Part shown: positions 60,929 to 64,000 of the stretch, in pieces
Layout of the letters: every line of letters begins with the position of its first letter
Position numbering within the stretch: the first letter of the stretch is position 1
Notes under the pieces: model-generated
What the model was told of the DNA's origin: nothing
Databases searched by the model: none
The model's input: the letters and a program-made list of their open reading frames with translations, nothing else
Position numbers and translations under genes: made by a program
Source: Methanobacteriota archaeon
Lineage (GTDB): Archaea > Thermoplasmatota > E2 > DHVEG-1
Reading direction: 5' to 3'
DNA: 64,000 nucleotides
NCBI GenBank assembly: GCA_963769885.1
Contig: CAVYNH010000004.1
Coordinates: forward strand, 64,001-128,000

Positions 60929-62425
60929 ATGTTCCTAAATATTATGCTGAATAAAATAAGGAAAATACAGGAATCTTATTTTACCTTAGTCGAAGATTAC
61001 TTAGGAGATTTTTACAAACTTGCTAATAAAAAAGATGGATTATATGGAAAAGTAATTAAAGAATTATATGAAAATAAAATATCTGGATTATCCCATACAG
61101 AGTGTGAACTTACACTAGATTCTTTTGAAGAAGATATTTCAAAAATATGGAAAAAGAATTTTTGGACTATTACAAAAGAAATCGAGGAATTGAACGGAGT
61201 AAAAACATATAATTTTTTCGTCCCGATGCCAAAATCTTTTTCTCTTACAGATACACATGCAACAGAGATTTTTCGAAGATTTGGTCTTTATTCTGATACT
61301 ATAATTTTGGATGATCCAATGTGGCGGGCTGTAGCTAATAAACAAGAGTATGAGGTTCTTTTTCGGTATATGAAATTTTTAATTTATGGTTTAAACATTC
61401 TTAAGATGAAGAATATAGTTCTTGCAGACGTCGACCAACCTATCGCATTAATAGTATCTCTCGACTCCATCGATTCAGCTAGAAAAAAACAATTTCAGTC
61501 TATTGTTGAAGAACAAATTTGCATGTTTTCATCAACTTTATTCCAAAAAAAACTAGCCAGTTTAGATCAGATTAAATCATTTATGGATTCCAAAATAAAA
61601 TCTTTAAAAGAGTTTCAAATGTTCACAAAAAATCAATATACGAATAACAAATTTTTTATCGATGCCGTCAAAGAATTATTTAAATTAAAGACAACTGGCG
61701 ATAGTGGAATTCGCTATTTTTATGGAGATGGATTACCATATGTTCTCCCTAAAAAGGAAATCTTCAGTGACATTTTTATTCATGCAGCATATGGTTATGT
61801 ATCCTATTCAAATCAAATTTATTTAAAATCATCTCTTATAGATTCTTTCCCATTATTTACAGAAAAAAAAGTGTGGGAAGAATCAAATCAATTTCTTATG
61901 AATGATTATTCAATGACTGCGAGTTATTTAAAAGGGAAAACGCCAACTCATTTAATTGGAGTCAATGTTTTAGCAGATGATACATTCAAATGGTTAGGTA
62001 ATGTTCCAGAACAGACTTTAATTGAACTTAGAAAAAAAGAAGAATTAAGTAATTTTAGACATTTTTTCTCTGATAAATTAAATGAATATCATGATGCAAA
62101 TTTAGAAAATATTAATAAAATTATTAAGGACTTAAATTACTCACTGTCTAATGCTTTCAAAAAGCACGAACAAGAGGTAAATGAATTATTGAAAAAATAT
62201 TCTATTAAAAAAGATATCGGCAAACTAATTGTCTCTGGATCTATAGCTATAAGTGGGTCTGTTTATTTTCCATTAGGAGTATTAGGCACAATACTTGGGG
62301 GGAAAACGATAACCGATATTTTCAATAATATTAAACAAAAGAAAAGTGAAATAGAAATATTGAACAAGAGACCTGTGGCAATTTGTTATGAGGCATATAA
62401 AGATGAAGCAACTGAAAATATTTAA
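60929..62425 (+). CDS. Hypothetical 498-aa protein
   Basis: Long, very AT-rich ORF; glycine-rich hydrophobic hairpin near the C-terminus. Confidence 0.8.
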   Translation: MFLNIMLNKIRKIQESYFTLVEDYLGDFYKLANKKDGLYGKVIKELYENKISGLSHTECELTLDSFEEDISKIWKKNFWTITKEIEELNGVKTYNFFVPMPKSFSLTDTHATEIFRRFGLYSDTIILDDPMWRAVANKQEYEVLFRYMKFLIYGLNILKMKNIVLADVDQPIALIVSLDSIDSARKKQFQSIVEEQICMFSSTLFQKKLASLDQIKSFMDSKIKSLKEFQMFTKNQYTNNKFFIDAVKELFKLKTTGDSGIRYFYGDGLPYVLPKKEIFSDIFIHAAYGYVSYSNQIYLKSSLIDSFPLFTEKKVWEESNQFLMNDYSMTASYLKGKTPTHLIGVNVLADDTFKWLGNVPEQTLIELRKKEELSNFRHFFSDKLNEYHDANLENINKIIKDLNYSLSNAFKKHEQEVNELLKKYSIKKDIGKLIVSGSIAISGSVYFPLGVLGTILGGKTITDIFNNIKQKKSEIEILNKRPVAICYEAYKDEATENI

Positions 62426-62513
62426 AAGGATTAAATCCCCTTAGCAATACTACTAAGAAATTTTACTTATTAAGGCTTAATCTTCTAATAAATAAATTTG
62501 AAATTCCCCGCCC

Positions 62514-62807
62514 TTATTTCTCAGGCTTCAATTCGCCGCATTTGGGGCATATATAAGTAGCCTTTGAAGTCAATTGACCATGGCAGTAAGGGCAAATATA
62601 AGTAGATGGTTTAAGGGAATATCTTCTATAGACAATGGCTGCAATCGCTAAGGCATTGAACAATAAGTATACCCATAAAACATCCAACCAAACAATAGGA
62701 ATACTAAAGAGACTCCAAAAATTGGCGGCTAATAGAAAAACATCGAAAACGAAAAACCATTTACCACTTCGTAGAGCATAATCAACCAAAATAGGAGGAA
62801 TCCTCAC
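62514..62807 (-). CDS. Membrane protein with C-terminal Zn ribbon
   Basis: Two TM helices; CPYC...CPKC. Confidence 0.65.
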   Translation of the reverse strand: MRIPPILVDYALRSGKWFFVFDVFLLAANFWSLFSIPIVWLDVLWVYLLFNALAIAAIVYRRYSLKPSTYICPYCHGQLTSKATYICPKCGELKPEK

Positions 62808-62998
62808 TTAGACCCTCCTTTCCACAAAACAACCACAATTAGGACATTGAATCATTTCTTTTGTCAAAACTCGATTACATCTCGGGCATTTCCGGCCAGA
62901 AGATACTCTAGAAGGGCTCCTAAAGCTATACCCCCAATAATACCGAGAGCGACCCCAGCTATTGCTTCACCCAGATCAGCATCGTCTCTCTTACTCAT
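62808..62998 (-). pseudogene. Frameshifted small TM + Zn-ribbon gene
   Basis: MSKRDDADLGEAIAGVALGIIGG... continues in another frame as SGRKCPRC...CPNCG.FVERRV*. Confidence 0.5.
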
Positions 62999-63062
62999 CT
63001 CGTGCAAATGAAGTCAAACACTACATAAAAACATTGCTCCAAGCTTAGTTTTTTATTTTTCT

Positions 63063-63857
63063 TTACAATTCACTAAGGGTATCATTATCAATTTGTTCAA
63101 TAGTCTCGATGCCAAAATGTTTCCTTAGTATTATGATCAATTCAGATATCAGATAAATAGCTAAAATTGCTGTTAATCTTATGTTTGCTCTTTTTTCAAA
63201 AGTGTCAAGATCATTAGGTTCTGGAAATAACTCATGAGCTGACTTAGAAGCCGAGATGTGAAAAGAAAGAAAATAGGAGCCTACCCTGCTATCAATAATA
63301 TTTTTTGTTTCAAGGATTTTTTCCAAGTCTCTAAGAGATTCCTTCTTATTAAACTCTATCTTTTTCAAGGAACAAATCTTTTCTCCTATCGATTGTAATA
63401 AGGCTCTAGCATCTCTGAATAATGAACTATATTCTCTATTTCTGTAAGATTGATATATTTTTTCTATCGAAGGATAATAATATTCTAAAATTTCGCCTAA
63501 TTCCTTATTAGAAGTCCCCCTTAAGTTCTTCAAATGTTGATAAAGAGCCTCAGCAATTTTCATTGTTTTTAAAGGATCTCGGTCAAAGAAGTCAAATCTT
63601 TCATCTTGATAAGATCCTGAATCAAAAGAGTCTTCCAATTTCTTCTGAATTTCTTCATATGGAATATCAAATTCTAATATCTTTTTCTTGATTTTTGGTG
63701 AAATATTATTTATCAAACTAACTATAGAATTATAATCAGTAAGAGCACCACCACTATCCAAACCACAACAATTGGGGAAAATGACCCAAAAAGAGAAATC
63801 GCCAAGACCCGCTCTTAAATCTAAGAAAATTGCCCAGGTGAAATTTCTATTTTGCAA
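63063..63857 (-). CDS. Hypothetical protein, possible DUF4145/HEPN-like helical domain (start uncertain)
   Basis: ARALLQSI...SASKSAH pattern. Confidence 0.5.
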   Translation of the reverse strand: MQNRNFTWAIFLDLRAGLGDFSFWVIFPNCCGLDSGGALTDYNSIVSLINNISPKIKKKILEFDIPYEEIQKKLEDSFDSGSYQDERFDFFDRDPLKTMKIAEALYQHLKNLRGTSNKELGEILEYYYPSIEKIYQSYRNREYSSLFRDARALLQSIGEKICSLKKIEFNKKESLRDLEKILETKNIIDSRVGSYFLSFHISASKSAHELFPEPNDLDTFEKRANIRLTAILAIYLISELIIILRKHFGIETIEQIDNDTLSEL

Positions 63858-64000
63858 ATGACCTATATGTCTTATCTTATAAATTAAAATCTTTTTGGGT
63901 TTAAATGAAAGATAACCATTGAGAATAATCTCAAAAAAAACAGAAGCTGAAAGACCAATATTACTGAAAATTTTAATGGGACGATCTCCAAAAATAAAAT

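Overview
Archaeal chromosomal window. Gene content (single-domain KaiC-like ATPases, pilin-like protein, PKD/ASST/S8/M28 secreted proteins) suggests Thermoplasmatota of the MBG-D/DHVEG-1 type; this is an inference. A GC-richer native backbone is interleaved with AT-rich accessory blocks: a defence-like island (OLD nuclease, Mre11/Rad50-like pair, SIR2-like, HEPN, PD-(D/E)XK, TIR), degraded IS5-, IS66- and IS200-like elements, two tyrosine recombinase loci, and a PIG-L deacetylase/DUF692(MNIO)-like/unknown/peptide operon. The strongest signal is an intact IS1111-type IS110 element (25122-26446) that splits one copy of a ~105-bp repeat found 7 times, all co-oriented, between 25 and 53.6 kb. Its downstream non-coding end folds into a two-loop bridge/seek-type RNA whose loops carry segments matching that repeat and the element's own circle junction. 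Other highlights are two ~2000-aa secreted hydrolases plus an orphan fragment sharing a C-terminal module, a degenerate Hint domain inside a beta-propeller, and an ArsR-DUF4430 fusion regulator. All family calls come from motif recognition by eye; no database searches were run.
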